Below, one piece after another: positions 1 to 10,342 of a DNA stretch of 64,000 bases. This DNA comes from Oceanispirochaeta sp. Lineage in GTDB: Bacteria; Spirochaetota; Spirochaetia; DSM-2461. The translations under genes were made by a program, and so were the position numbers. Position 1 is the first letter of the stretch, and the number at the start of each line of letters is the position of its first letter. The DNA is taken from NCBI GenBank assembly GCA_963666275.2, contig CAXXOA010000003.1:224001-288000 (forward strand), read 5' to 3'. Below the pieces are notes generated by a model, which saw only the letters and a list, made by a program, of their open reading frames with translations, ran no database searches and was not told the DNA's origin.

Positions 1-1804
1 TGTAGGAACAGAAGCCCGAGCCCTGGAAGCCGATCCGGCTCAGCCCCTGCTGATTCTCCCCTCAGACTCTCTGACCCCGGAGGAGAAAGAGGGGTTTTTC
101 AGAATCCTTGACGGGACAGGGGCTCTTCTGGTGACAAGCTCCCGGGAGGATCTTACCCGTCCGGGAGGGGCCGTCTCCTATTTTCCCCGGACGGACCGGA
201 GGATGGGACGGGAAATCTCACTACTTATGGAGGATCTTCTATCAGGTGCCCATGAGCCAGAGGTCCCTCTGAAAATCCTGAAGTTCTCCGATTCCCTCAC
301 TGTGAATGCCCCCACTCTGAGCTCCCGGGGGACGGACCCTCCCTGGCAGACCCTCCTGCTGGCAGAATTCACTGGGATGGACCCCCGGAAGGGACTTTCA
401 CCGGAGCAGGCCGCTGCAGAAGCTCTGCAAAATGATCCCGCCTACAGGAGCGCCGTCCTGGACCGGGAGGATCAGTTCTGGTCGGTCCGTACCTCCCGAT
501 CGTCTCTGCTCCCCCAGGTCTCCCTTTTTTCCCAGATGGCCGCGATCGATGAGGACCGGGCGGAAAGCAGCCTCTCTCCCTATGAGTACGAAGGCTCCGC
601 AGGCGTTCAGGCTTCCCAGATCCTCTGGTCTGACGGGGTCCGCACGGGCTACGGGATACAGAAACTCCTGCTCCAGGCCCGGAAGGGGGAAGCTGAGACC
701 CGCCGGCAGGACACGCTTTATGCGGTTTTCCGGGGGTATTACAACCTCAGCCGGGCTATGGCGGCTCTTGAGATTCAGAAAGACGCAGTGGATCAGACAA
801 GGGCCTATCTGGAGCGTTCGGTGCTCCTTGAAAAGATAGGGGAGGACTCGCAGCTTAATGTTTACCGCTTTGAGAACCAGCTTGCAAGGGACAATCAGTC
901 CCTGATCGATGCCCTTTCCCGGGCCCGGGGAGCCTATCTGGAACTGCTCCATCTCAGAGGAGTTCCTACCTCTCAGGCGCGGTTTTCTCCGGAGAATCTT
1001 CCCCTGCCGGGGGAGAGCTCTGAACTGGAAAGATTTGTGATGGCCTTTCTGGCCGATGCGGACACTCCGGCCCGGACGGCTCTTCTGGAGGATATCGTCG
1101 TCTCCGCCGCCCTGGGGGAGTCCTCTTCCCTGCTGTCACAGGACTCCCATCTGGAAGCTGTGGAGAGGGAGAAGGCCATGCGATCCCGGGCTTTCTTCAG
1201 CCCTACTGTTCTGCTCTCCGGAGAATGGGCCTACACCTTTTATCAGGGAGGCGCCGGAGGGGGAAGTGAAGTGTCCCTGGCTCCGGGTGTTTCCTTCAAT
1301 TCCTCCGACCTGAGCAGCAGCGACGACTTTACCTGGTCCGCCGGCCTTTCTCTCTCTCTGCCTCTTCTGTCGGGAGGCGAAAGGGCGGGGGAACTTAAAA
1401 AAGCGGAGGTCCAGGTGGAAAAGGCCCGGACCGCCAGGCAGTCTGCGGCGGATTCTCTGGCGCTTAATGCCCGGAATCAGGTGACCGGACTTCTGTCGGT
1501 CTATGCAGGACTGCAGGAAGGGTTGAAGGCCGAGAGGGCCGCACAGATGGCCCTGGAGTTTACCGAAGAGGCCTATGAAAAGGGTTCGGTCAGCAGTTAT
1601 GAACTGCTGGATGCCCAAACAAGCCATACCGCAGCCTCCCTGGCTGTGACGGATAGAAAAAGCGACTTTACCATGGCCCTGTTGGGGGTACTGCGGGTTA
1701 TGGACAAAACCGATGCCTTCATAAGCCTCTCTGCAGCCCGGGATGTCCGGGAGATCTTCTCCCGGATGAGTTATGCCGGTAGGGCAACAGGAGATACCAA
1801 ATGA
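1..1804 (+). CDS. TolC-family outer-membrane efflux protein (5' end outside window)
   Basis: Frame open from base 2; two OEP-like repeats (LLPQVSL..., LSLPLLSGG..., YEKGSVSSYELLDAQ); overlaps the MFP gene start. Confidence 0.85.
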   Translation, partial: VGTEARALEADPAQPLLILPSDSLTPEEKEGFFRILDGTGALLVTSSREDLTRPGGAVSYFPRTDRRMGREISLLMEDLLSGAHEPEVPLKILKFSDSLTVNAPTLSSRGTDPPWQTLLLAEFTGMDPRKGLSPEQAAAEALQNDPAYRSAVLDREDQFWSVRTSRSSLLPQVSLFSQMAAIDEDRAESSLSPYEYEGSAGVQASQILWSDGVRTGYGIQKLLLQARKGEAETRRQDTLYAVFRGYYNLSRAMAALEIQKDAVDQTRAYLERSVLLEKIGEDSQLNVYRFENQLARDNQSLIDALSRARGAYLELLHLRGVPTSQARFSPENLPLPGESSELERFVMAFLADADTPARTALLEDIVVSAALGESSSLLSQDSHLEAVEREKAMRSRAFFSPTVLLSGEWAYTFYQGGAGGGSEVSLAPGVSFNSSDLSSSDDFTWSAGLSLSLPLLSGGERAGELKKAEVQVEKARTARQSAADSLALNARNQVTGLLSVYAGLQEGLKAERAAQMALEFTEEAYEKGSVSSYELLDAQTSHTAASLAVTDRKSDFTMALLGVLRVMDKTDAFISLSAARDVREIFSRMSYAGRATGDTK

Positions 1805-2895
1805 AATACACACACCTTTTGACACTGACTTTTCTGGCCCTGCTGACGGGCTGCCGGGAGAGTGGAGAGACCCCGTCTGCGGCAGAACCCCGGCTTGTGA
1901 GGACCCTGGCGGCTACTGTGTCGGATCCGTCTCTGGTCCGGACTTTTTCGGGGATTACCGCCGCAGAGGAGGAGCTGGTCCTGGCCTTCCGGATTCCCGG
2001 AGAGGTCCGTGCCGTTCCTGTCCGTACGGGAATGACCGTGCCGGGCGGAACCCTGCTGGCCGCTTTGGACCGGGAGGAGTATGAGCTGGAGCTGGAGCGT
2101 ACCGGGGCAGCACTGGAAAGCGCCGAAAACCAGTACACTACAAGCGAAGCCTCCTACAGAAGGATCCGGGAACTCTATCAGAACGACAGTGCCAGCCGGA
2201 GCCAGCTCGACTCAGCCCGGACGGCCTATGAATCCTCCCAGTCCAGTCTGGCTTCGGCCAGGACCCAGAAGGAGCGGGCCGACCTGCAGCTCTCCTACAC
2301 CGAGCTGCGGGCGCCCTTTCCGGGGGAGATTACCCAGGTCCTTTGCAATCCCGGTGAGATTATCGCGGCCGGTCAGGTTGTGGTTTCCCTGATCAGCCGC
2401 CCGGTGAATGTGGTCCGCTTCTCGGTGACCGAAGATATAATCCCCTTCCTCAGGGAGGGAATGGCCGGCCGTGTTTCAGTCTCCTCCCTGGGGCTGACAG
2501 GTTTGGCCGGTACTGTCCGGGAGATCTCTTCGGGGCACTCCCAGAACAGCGCCCTCTATTCTGTCCGTCTGGAGTTGGACGAGCCCCCCGGAGCGCTCCG
2601 ATCGGGCATGGCCTGTTCGGTTCAGCTGGAACTCTCCGGAGAGTCCTCTCCGGTATTCCTTGTTCCCTCCCAGGCGCTTATGGAGGATCACCGGGGGCGC
2701 TTTGTTTATCTGGCCCGCCCCGATGGAGAGGGAACCGCCAGGGTGGAACGGGCGTCGGTCGAGGCCGGGAGGCTGGAGCGGGAGGGCATACAAATCCTGG
2801 GGGGACTGAACCGTGGGGATCTTGTGATCACCGCCGGCATGTCCCGTCTGCGGGAGGGTATGACTGTCAGGACCGGGGGGGAGGTTTCTCCGTGA
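1801..2895 (+). CDS. RND efflux periplasmic adaptor (MFP) lipoprotein
   Basis: Lipobox LLTGC; lipoyl halves (FRIPGEV..., ELRAPFPGEI); sits between TolC and RND genes. Confidence 0.92.
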   Translation: MKYTHLLTLTFLALLTGCRESGETPSAAEPRLVRTLAATVSDPSLVRTFSGITAAEEELVLAFRIPGEVRAVPVRTGMTVPGGTLLAALDREEYELELERTGAALESAENQYTTSEASYRRIRELYQNDSASRSQLDSARTAYESSQSSLASARTQKERADLQLSYTELRAPFPGEITQVLCNPGEIIAAGQVVVSLISRPVNVVRFSVTEDIIPFLREGMAGRVSVSSLGLTGLAGTVREISSGHSQNSALYSVRLELDEPPGALRSGMACSVQLELSGESSPVFLVPSQALMEDHRGRFVYLARPDGEGTARVERASVEAGRLEREGIQILGGLNRGDLVITAGMSRLREGMTVRTGGEVSP

Positions 2896-5800
2896 CCATT
2901 ACCGAACTCTCTCTGAGAAAAAAAACTGTCACCCTTGTGCTCCTTATCCTGCTGATCCTGGGGGGGCTATACTCCTACTTCACCCTTCCCCAGGCGGAGG
3001 ATCCCGGGTTTACGGTCCGGGCCGCCCAGGTGATCACCCTTTATCCCGGGGCGTCTCCCGAAAGGGTGCGGGATACAGTCACTATTCCTCTGGAAGACGC
3101 CATCGGCGAACTGGGGGAACTTGAACACGTGACCTCGAGATCCCAGGAAGGGGTCTCCATCATTACAGCCACGGTGGCATTTGAATACGGAGATCTGGAG
3201 GCTATATGGGACAAGCTGGCAGATGCGGTGGATGCCGTGCGGGAGGATCTCCCTGAAGGGGCCCTGACCCCCCGGATCGAGGACGACTACGGTGATGTTT
3301 TCAGCATCCTCCTTTCTCTCACAGGGGAGGGGTACAGCCTGAGCGAACTGGACTCGATCGCCCGGGAGGTCCGGCGGAAACTTATGGGGCTGAGCGAAGT
3401 GAGCCGGGTGGATATCTATGGAGTTCCCGACAGGGAAGTCCTTGTGTCTTACCAGAGGGAGACCCTGGAGGCCCTGGGGCTGACACCCTACCATCTGGCC
3501 ACGGCGGTGCAGAAAACCAATGTGATCCGCCCCGCGGGAACCATTACTCCGGGCCGGGAGGATATCTCTCTCGAGGCGGAGGGCAGCTATACCTCCCTTG
3601 CGGGACTGGAGGAAACTCTGGTGCCACTGCCGGGAACCTCTGAATCCGTCCCTCTTCGGGACCTGGCCGCGATCTCTCTGGAAACGGAGGATCCAGTTAA
3701 ATCCCTGGTCAGGCAGGAAGGACGCGAGGCGGTAGTGCTGGCTGTCAATATGAAAGAGGGCGGCAGGATCACCGTTATGGGAGATCAGGTCCGGGAGCTG
3801 ACGGACCGGCTGGCCCGTCAGTACCCCCTGGGGGTGGATTTTGACTTTATGATCTTTCAGCCCGAACTGGTGAGCGGCCTGATAGACCAGTTCACCTTCA
3901 ATGTGATTCAGTCGATCCTTGTGGTCATGGCGGTGATGATCCTGGCTTCGGGGTTCCGGAGCGGTATGGTGGTGGCCTCTCTGGTTCCGGGTACCATGAT
4001 CGGTTCCCTGTTGATCATGAATATGGCGGGGATCGGGATCAATCAGATGTCCCTGGCGTCGCTTATCATTGTTCTGGGGATGCTTGTGGACAGCGGTATT
4101 GTCATGGTCGAGTCGATGCAGCTTGAAATCCAGGGGGGAAAAACCCCCTTCCGGGCGGCGGTGGATGCCTCCCGGGAGCTGAGACTCCCCCTTCTGACAA
4201 GCGCCCTGACCACTTCAGCCTCATTCCTGCCTATCGCCATGGCCCAGAATCCGGCGGGAGAGTATACGAGGCCCCTCTTTTATGTGGTGACTATAGCCCT
4301 GGTGCTGGCCTGGGTTCTGACGATCACCCTGATTCCCTTTCTGGGATTTCTGTTTCTTAAAAGACCCGGGGATTTCCCTGAGAATATCAGAAAAAACAGG
4401 TCCCCCCGGGAGACTCCTGCGGCACTGGAAAGGGCAAAAGTCAGGTATCTGGGGATCCTGACGGCCGTTCTCCGCCGGAGGGGAATCATGATCGGTCTGC
4501 TGGTGCTGGCACTGATCGTTTACCTCGGGGTTTTCCGGCGGATCCCTGTCTCTTTTTTTCCGCCCACCACCTATCCCTATTTTACTATGGAGATCTCCCT
4601 GCCCCGGGGAACATCCATCGCTGCCACCGCCGCCCTGGCTGACCAGGTGGATGCCTGCCTTGCAGAGGATCTGGAGGGGCAGGTCGCTTTCTTCGGGAGC
4701 TTTATCGGCGGCGGGGTTCCCCGGTTCCGTCTGAATATAGCGCCCCAGGACTCCCGGCCCGAGTACGCCTTCTATATTGTAAGGCTCCAGCAGGGGGCCT
4801 CTCCCGCCGAGATCTTCAGGGCCCTCAGGGCTTTAGTGCCTGAGATCGAAGCGGATGCGGAACTGAAGCTCTCGCCCTTCACCTACGGGCCCGGCTTCAA
4901 TGCCCCCGTGGAGATCCGGATCTCCGGAACGGACAGGGAGGCGCTTTATGTCCTGGCGGAAGAGGCGAAGAACCTTCTGGCGGACCAGGAGGGGATTCTC
5001 AATATCCGGGATGACTGGGGCCCCCGGCGGAAGATCCTTTCTGTGGAAATGGACGAATCCAGCGCCAGGCGGTACGGCATTACCCATCAGGATGTGGCGG
5101 TTTCCCTTCAGGCTGCCTCCCGGGGTCTCTCTGTTTCCGAATACAGAGGTGAGGAGACCTCTCTGTCGATTATTCTGAAAGACAGCGCCGCCGGATACGC
5201 CTCCATGGGAGATCTGGAATCCCTGAATGTCTATTCCGAGACAACGGGAGCATCGGTTCCTCTCAGGCAGGTGGCCCGGATCAGCCTGGACTGGCAGCCC
5301 GCTCTGATCATCCAGAGGGACGGCGTGGAAACCATTACGGTACAGGCCGATGTGGCCGAAGGGGTCAATGCGATTTCCGCTGCCAGAGAGGCGGGAAGGA
5401 TTCTGGAAAATCGTCCCGCCGGTCTGCCCAGGGGATTTTCCGTGGATGTAGGGGGAACCTCCGAGGGATCCGCCCAGGCCAACAGAGCTATTCTGGAGAA
5501 GGCTCCCATCGCCCTGTTCATCATCATTATGCTTCTGGTTGTCCAGTTCAACTCTGTCAGAAAGAGCCTGATCATACTGGTAACGGTTCCCTTCGGTTTC
5601 ATAGGCGTGGTTTTCGGGCTATGGGTCACAGGAAGCACATTCAGTTTTATGAGCCTGCTGGGTCTGGTCTCCCTTTCTGGGGTGGTCGTGAACGATGCGA
5701 TTATCCTTCTGGAGCGGGTGGAACTGGAAATCAGGGAGGGCGCCGATTCTCTGACAGCCCTTTACAGAGCTGCCCTGCGGAAGTTCCGGCCGATCCTTCT

Positions 5801-5999
5801 TACCTCGGTCACCACCATCGCCGGGCTGATCCCCCTGATGATTTTCGGAGGGCCCCTCTGGCTCCCCATGGCATCGGCTCTTGTCTTCGGACTGGCCTTT
5901 GCCACGGTTCTGACCCTGGGGGCTGTTCCCGCCCTCTATGCCATTCTGTTTAAAGTCGACCGGCCTGAAGTGCCGGGCAATTACAAGGAGCTTTTATGA
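2892..5999 (+). CDS. RND efflux permease (AcrB/AcrD/AcrF family)
   Basis: 1035 aa; motifs GMLVDSGIV, GVVVNDAIIL, RPILLTS; duplicated TM architecture. Confidence 0.95.
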   Translation: MTITELSLRKKTVTLVLLILLILGGLYSYFTLPQAEDPGFTVRAAQVITLYPGASPERVRDTVTIPLEDAIGELGELEHVTSRSQEGVSIITATVAFEYGDLEAIWDKLADAVDAVREDLPEGALTPRIEDDYGDVFSILLSLTGEGYSLSELDSIAREVRRKLMGLSEVSRVDIYGVPDREVLVSYQRETLEALGLTPYHLATAVQKTNVIRPAGTITPGREDISLEAEGSYTSLAGLEETLVPLPGTSESVPLRDLAAISLETEDPVKSLVRQEGREAVVLAVNMKEGGRITVMGDQVRELTDRLARQYPLGVDFDFMIFQPELVSGLIDQFTFNVIQSILVVMAVMILASGFRSGMVVASLVPGTMIGSLLIMNMAGIGINQMSLASLIIVLGMLVDSGIVMVESMQLEIQGGKTPFRAAVDASRELRLPLLTSALTTSASFLPIAMAQNPAGEYTRPLFYVVTIALVLAWVLTITLIPFLGFLFLKRPGDFPENIRKNRSPRETPAALERAKVRYLGILTAVLRRRGIMIGLLVLALIVYLGVFRRIPVSFFPPTTYPYFTMEISLPRGTSIAATAALADQVDACLAEDLEGQVAFFGSFIGGGVPRFRLNIAPQDSRPEYAFYIVRLQQGASPAEIFRALRALVPEIEADAELKLSPFTYGPGFNAPVEIRISGTDREALYVLAEEAKNLLADQEGILNIRDDWGPRRKILSVEMDESSARRYGITHQDVAVSLQAASRGLSVSEYRGEETSLSIILKDSAAGYASMGDLESLNVYSETTGASVPLRQVARISLDWQPALIIQRDGVETITVQADVAEGVNAISAAREAGRILENRPAGLPRGFSVDVGGTSEGSAQANRAILEKAPIALFIIIMLLVVQFNSVRKSLIILVTVPFGFIGVVFGLWVTGSTFSFMSLLGLVSLSGVVVNDAIILLERVELEIREGADSLTALYRAALRKFRPILLTSVTTIAGLIPLMIFGGPLWLPMASALVFGLAFATVLTLGAVPALYAILFKVDRPEVPGNYKELL

Positions 6000-6670
6000 A
6001 AATTAAAGTGAGGATTCCCGGGCCGCTGGCGGTCATTCTGTTTCTGGCCGGGGGAATCTTTCCCCTGAAATCCGATGCTCTGTGGGAGGAGGTCCTGGAT
6101 GAGGTAAACCGGAGCGGTCAAGCTGTTGCCCTGGATATATCCATAGAGGGGTATCTCTTTGACAGGAAGGGGACAATGCTCTCGTCCGGGAACACCCGGA
6201 TACAGCGGTCTATCGTCTCGGGAACGGTCCATGTGGATTCGGTCAGGGAGGATGGAGACTTCCAACCCGACCAGGAGACTCTACTGGAGCTTTTCGGAGG
6301 AACCATGCCCCGCCCGGGAGGGATTTTCGACAGGTCTGTCCAAAGCCGGCTGACCCTTACGCAGAAAGACTGGCTCTATTACAACGGGGAGGAAACTGTT
6401 CTGTACGATTACAGGTTCGAATCGGAAAAGCAGGGACCTATCAGCGGTCAGATCTGGATAGATCCTGAAAAACATCTGCCCCTGAGAATTCTCTCTGTCC
6501 CGGAGAAGACTTCGGGGTTTCTGGATACAAGCCGTATGGATCTCTATTTTCATAGGGATGAACAAGGTCTGTGGATACCCTATGAAATGCAGATGGAAGG
6601 CTCCCGTTCGGGAATTCTCTCCCGGAATGTGAGCATCAGGATGCAGATGGGGGACTTTTCCGAGCTTTAG
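5996..6670 (+). CDS. Exported hypothetical protein, last gene of efflux operon
   Basis: ATGA overlap with RND stop; N-terminal signal-like segment. Confidence 0.7.
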   Translation: MKIKVRIPGPLAVILFLAGGIFPLKSDALWEEVLDEVNRSGQAVALDISIEGYLFDRKGTMLSSGNTRIQRSIVSGTVHVDSVREDGDFQPDQETLLELFGGTMPRPGGIFDRSVQSRLTLTQKDWLYYNGEETVLYDYRFESEKQGPISGQIWIDPEKHLPLRILSVPEKTSGFLDTSRMDLYFHRDEQGLWIPYEMQMEGSRSGILSRNVSIRMQMGDFSEL

Positions 6671-6782
6671 GAGTGGCTCTTCATCACTGGGATCAGTCTT
6701 ATCCTAGAATTTAATAAAATTATATATATGAATTGAAATATGTATAAAATGTTCTTATCTTTACTGTAGAGAAGGAGCCCAT

Positions 6783-7163
6783 ATGTACAGTATAAAAAAA
6801 GAATCGGCAATGAATTTTACCGACACTCTGGAAAAGACGAAATCGGAACTGCGGAAAGAGGGTTTCGGTGTGCTCACCGAAATCGATATAAAAGCGACTC
6901 TTAAAAAGAAACTGGATGTGGACCGGGATAACTATGTGATCCTGGGAGCCTGCAATCCCCCCAATGCCCATAAGGCCCTGGAAGCGGAGGTCGAAATCGG
7001 TCTGATGCTGCCCTGCAATGTGATCGTCTATGAACAGGACGGGAAAACCTACGTCTCAGCGATCCGTCCCTCCGTAGCCATGGGAATGATAGAGAACCCC
7101 GGCCTGGGAGAGGTGGCTTCCACCATTGAAGAGAAACTGAACCGGGTGATAGAAGGGGTCTGA
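6783..7163 (+). CDS. DUF302 domain protein
   Basis: GFGVLTEID, YVILGACNP, IGLMLPCNVIV motifs; AAGGAG RBS. Confidence 0.92.
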   Translation: MYSIKKESAMNFTDTLEKTKSELRKEGFGVLTEIDIKATLKKKLDVDRDNYVILGACNPPNAHKALEAEVEIGLMLPCNVIVYEQDGKTYVSAIRPSVAMGMIENPGLGEVASTIEEKLNRVIEGV

Positions 7164-7193
7164 CGGCTTTGGAGTCTGGAGGTATTCAGGCTA

Positions 7194-7457
7194 TCAGCTA
7201 ATTAAATCAGCCGTAATGATCCGGCAGGTATTCCTGTTGATTGTGAGCTGTATATTCTCTCCTGTATGAATCAGGTAGTAGTTTTTACCCCGGACTGTGA
7301 TATCCCCGGGAGGAATTTCCTCAATTAGCCGGAGGATGTATTCTTCCATATCCCGGTTGGTGAGGTTCAGGTTCAGCTTTTTTCTGATTCTGTCGTAAAC
7401 CAGGTCGGTATAGCAGAGATTCTGCAGGATTGAATCTTTGGGGTTCATCAAGATCAT
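7194..7457 (-). CDS. DUF3781-like small protein
   Basis: RIRKKLNL...RGKNYY...TINRNTCRIITA pattern. Confidence 0.7.
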   Translation of the reverse strand: MILMNPKDSILQNLCYTDLVYDRIRKKLNLNLTNRDMEEYILRLIEEIPPGDITVRGKNYYLIHTGENIQLTINRNTCRIITADLIS

Positions 7458-7485
7458 GACTTCTTTATTTTTTGATTCAACAAAT

Positions 7486-8037
7486 TCATTGTGGTTTCAG
7501 GTTAAAGGGCGATATATAGGAATGTTGGGTAGTGTATAGAAAATCCTTGTAAAATTTTTCTGTTTCTCCAAAGACCTGAAATGCAAGCGCAAGTTGAAAG
7601 TCTGTGAAGTCAGCTCCAAAATAGGCTATATACTGCTTTATCGGACTAATATCGCTTTGGAGAACTAAACACTGAATTGAATCAGCTTTGATTTGATCTG
7701 ATTGTAAATTTAGCGGGTGAGATTTAAAAGATGGATTCTGTGATATGAAGGATTTCAAATCATTCTTTATGAATTCATCCAAAGTATCAAACTCGTAGTC
7801 TGTGTATGCCATTATCCCCGCTGGAGCATTCTGGGGTGTGAATCCCTCTGGGATAAAGAAGTTATCAATCCCCAGAGTAGCCTGGGCAAACTCCATCATC
7901 ATCTGCCATCCTGCCTGTAAGGCGATAATATAAGTTTGCCCTTCCCCATACATTATATATGTTCTAGGCTCAGTCTCCTGGGAGTGAGTCGGGGTTGAAA
8001 GTAGTATTAAAAAAAATAAGGCAGCAATCTTTCTCAT
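7486..8037 (-). CDS. Exported hypothetical protein
   Basis: Signal peptide; GAGG RBS; AT-rich. Confidence 0.7.
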   Translation of the reverse strand: MRKIAALFFLILLSTPTHSQETEPRTYIMYGEGQTYIIALQAGWQMMMEFAQATLGIDNFFIPEGFTPQNAPAGIMAYTDYEFDTLDEFIKNDLKSFISQNPSFKSHPLNLQSDQIKADSIQCLVLQSDISPIKQYIAYFGADFTDFQLALAFQVFGETEKFYKDFLYTTQHSYISPFNLKPQ

Positions 8038-8067
8038 ATATTATTTCCTCGATGAAGGGATCTTTGT

Positions 8068-9048
8068 CTAAAAGGATCTCATGAGAGCATCGTACTGTTC
8101 TTTATCATATGAAAAATAGAGAATCCCGTGTCCGGTTGAACTGAAGTCATTAAATTTCCCCATCCGGAAGACAAGATAAGATGCTTTTTTATTTTCAATA
8201 ATATCTTTCATATTTATGTATTGATCGTGTGTTGTTATCAGTTCAAGATAACCTGGTTTCTGTTCGTTATCGGGTTGAAATATCTCTAAGGGGACTATAA
8301 TTTTTTTCTGATAGCTTGATAAAAAAGGTCTCCCCACATTCATGGATTTAAAATTCTTTATGATATCATTTTCATCCTCAATATCTTCAATTTTAAATTG
8401 GCACTCTTCCGGGGAGAAATAAACAAGAAAACTCTCTCCTCCGTATATTTGCATACCATAACCATCATGCGCAGCAAACTGCCTGTTTAGATCATTTCTG
8501 CCAATAAAAGTCTTGTCTTTTAAGATATCATATTCAATTTTATCCCGATAACTCTTTGAATAGTAATTATAGTCAAATGGTTCTGAATCAGACCATCTCG
8601 GGTTGTCATTGACAAGAAAGATGATTTCCCGGCTTTCAAATGTAAAATAGGTATCTTCAGCGACTAAACCTGTAAACATTTTTTCTTTATCAAACAGCAG
8701 GTAGCCATGCACTTCGTAGGTTACATGAAGGGATTCTACTTCGGCCTGATTTTCATTTAAAAGGAATATATAGCTTTCAAGACCTTCGTCAAATTTTACC
8801 TGAATTTGTTCCGGGATAGTGAATTGAGCCTTGGTGTTATTGTAGACAAAAGGGGCCGCCAGGTAGCCGCTAAGCAATTTACCATTCTCATCCATTTCAT
8901 AAACCTGGTCTATATCGATGTTCACGATCTTATCAAATAAATATGTATTTAAAGAATTGGAAGTATTGATATCTTCCTGTGTCAATTCGACAGTTCGGCA
9001 ACTCGTAAATAATATTGCCAGTACGACTATTGGTAGAAAACGTTTCAT
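8068..9048 (-). CDS. Hypothetical lipoprotein
   Basis: MKRFLPIVVLAILFTSC lipobox; 326 aa ORF. Confidence 0.75.
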   Translation of the reverse strand: MKRFLPIVVLAILFTSCRTVELTQEDINTSNSLNTYLFDKIVNIDIDQVYEMDENGKLLSGYLAAPFVYNNTKAQFTIPEQIQVKFDEGLESYIFLLNENQAEVESLHVTYEVHGYLLFDKEKMFTGLVAEDTYFTFESREIIFLVNDNPRWSDSEPFDYNYYSKSYRDKIEYDILKDKTFIGRNDLNRQFAAHDGYGMQIYGGESFLVYFSPEECQFKIEDIEDENDIIKNFKSMNVGRPFLSSYQKKIIVPLEIFQPDNEQKPGYLELITTHDQYINMKDIIENKKASYLVFRMGKFNDFSSTGHGILYFSYDKEQYDALMRSF

Positions 9049-9366
9049 GCAACCCCGCTATTTTGATCTGGTTAAATTGTATTATACATTTACAGTCGTT
9101 CTCGTATAGGTGTCGTTTAAATTATTGTTCCGAAGGTTCTCCGGATTCTTTTCTCTCCTTGCAATGGATCTATAAATTTCTGATTCAACATGCAAGATGA
9201 ACCTGTATATCAGAAGGATTTTAATTGAGTATCAGGTTCTGGAATCCGTTACCGGGTACAATTTTATAGGGCTATTTCTAATTTAGTATGTTACTATAAA
9301 ATTAAGATAACAGCTATTTATTTATAGTTTGCAGATGGAAGAAGACTTGATTGAAAACAGATAGGG

Positions 9367-10290
9367 ATGGTATGCATGGAAAGGGAAGGTTTTAGTGTTC
9401 AGCAAGTATTAAAGTTCATTGTTAAACTGATTTTACCATTGGCAATTTTCGGTTCTACTCTACTTTTCAATTCTCGTGCTGATAGAAGGCTAGGGAGTGC
9501 CCAGAACCTGGAAAGGGATATTTCTAATAAACAGTTCCAGATGGAACTTATACAATCCCTTTCATCAGAAAATTATCATGAAAGACGAATGGCTTATCTT
9601 TTCCTGTTTGAACAGACCACTACACCCGAGTTTATGAAGCTTCTGGACTATAATGATGATCCAGCTTTAATTGATACATTGAGCGCCATTTTACTCAAAG
9701 ACAATCTAGATGAGACTATTCAGAGCATTATTGACAAAAGCCTCTACTCCAGGCTTCTTCCCTTAATGAATAGTTTGGTGAATGTTGAATGGGAACATTT
9801 TAATAAAAATACATATAAAACAGTTGGTTTCTATACATCTCCCTCTCGTATTCTGGTTCCCGACTGGCGGGAAGAGGAAGTTCAGAAATGGTATATTAAG
9901 AGTATTAAGACAAGTAGTCATGAAATTTTAAAGGAGTCCCATTATCCTCTCCCAAAAGATGCCAGCGGATTTGTCAGAATAGAATCAGATGGCTTTGAGA
10001 ATACCAGCCCTTTGAACCTTTCTGAAGCAGATATCTCGATTGGGCAGACTATTTTGACTATAGTGGAAAACGGATCAGAAAAGGCCGTTATTTCCGGTAA
10101 GATTGCAGATGTTAAGGAAAATCTCTTCTATTACTCATTTAATGATAGTTCTTTTAATTTACTAGCAACACCAGAAAAAAGATTTGGGACTCCCATTTTC
10201 AATACATATTTACGGGTAATCGGATATCACATGGGACAATCCAGTGCATCTCATTCCACTGAAATGATAGGAGTTGCAATTGATAATTAA
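9367..10290 (+). CDS. Membrane-anchored hypothetical protein with degenerate trypsin-like C-terminus
   Basis: N-terminal TM; C-terminal GTPIFNTYLRVIGYH resembles the S1 protease SGGP.FN..G.VIG motif. Confidence 0.6.
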   Translation: MVCMEREGFSVQQVLKFIVKLILPLAIFGSTLLFNSRADRRLGSAQNLERDISNKQFQMELIQSLSSENYHERRMAYLFLFEQTTTPEFMKLLDYNDDPALIDTLSAILLKDNLDETIQSIIDKSLYSRLLPLMNSLVNVEWEHFNKNTYKTVGFYTSPSRILVPDWREEEVQKWYIKSIKTSSHEILKESHYPLPKDASGFVRIESDGFENTSPLNLSEADISIGQTILTIVENGSEKAVISGKIADVKENLFYYSFNDSSFNLLATPEKRFGTPIFNTYLRVIGYHMGQSSASHSTEMIGVAIDN

Positions 10291-10342
10291 TTTTCCTAGA
10301 TGGTTTCGGCTGCATTCCTATTTTTATGTGTTTCTTAAGATT

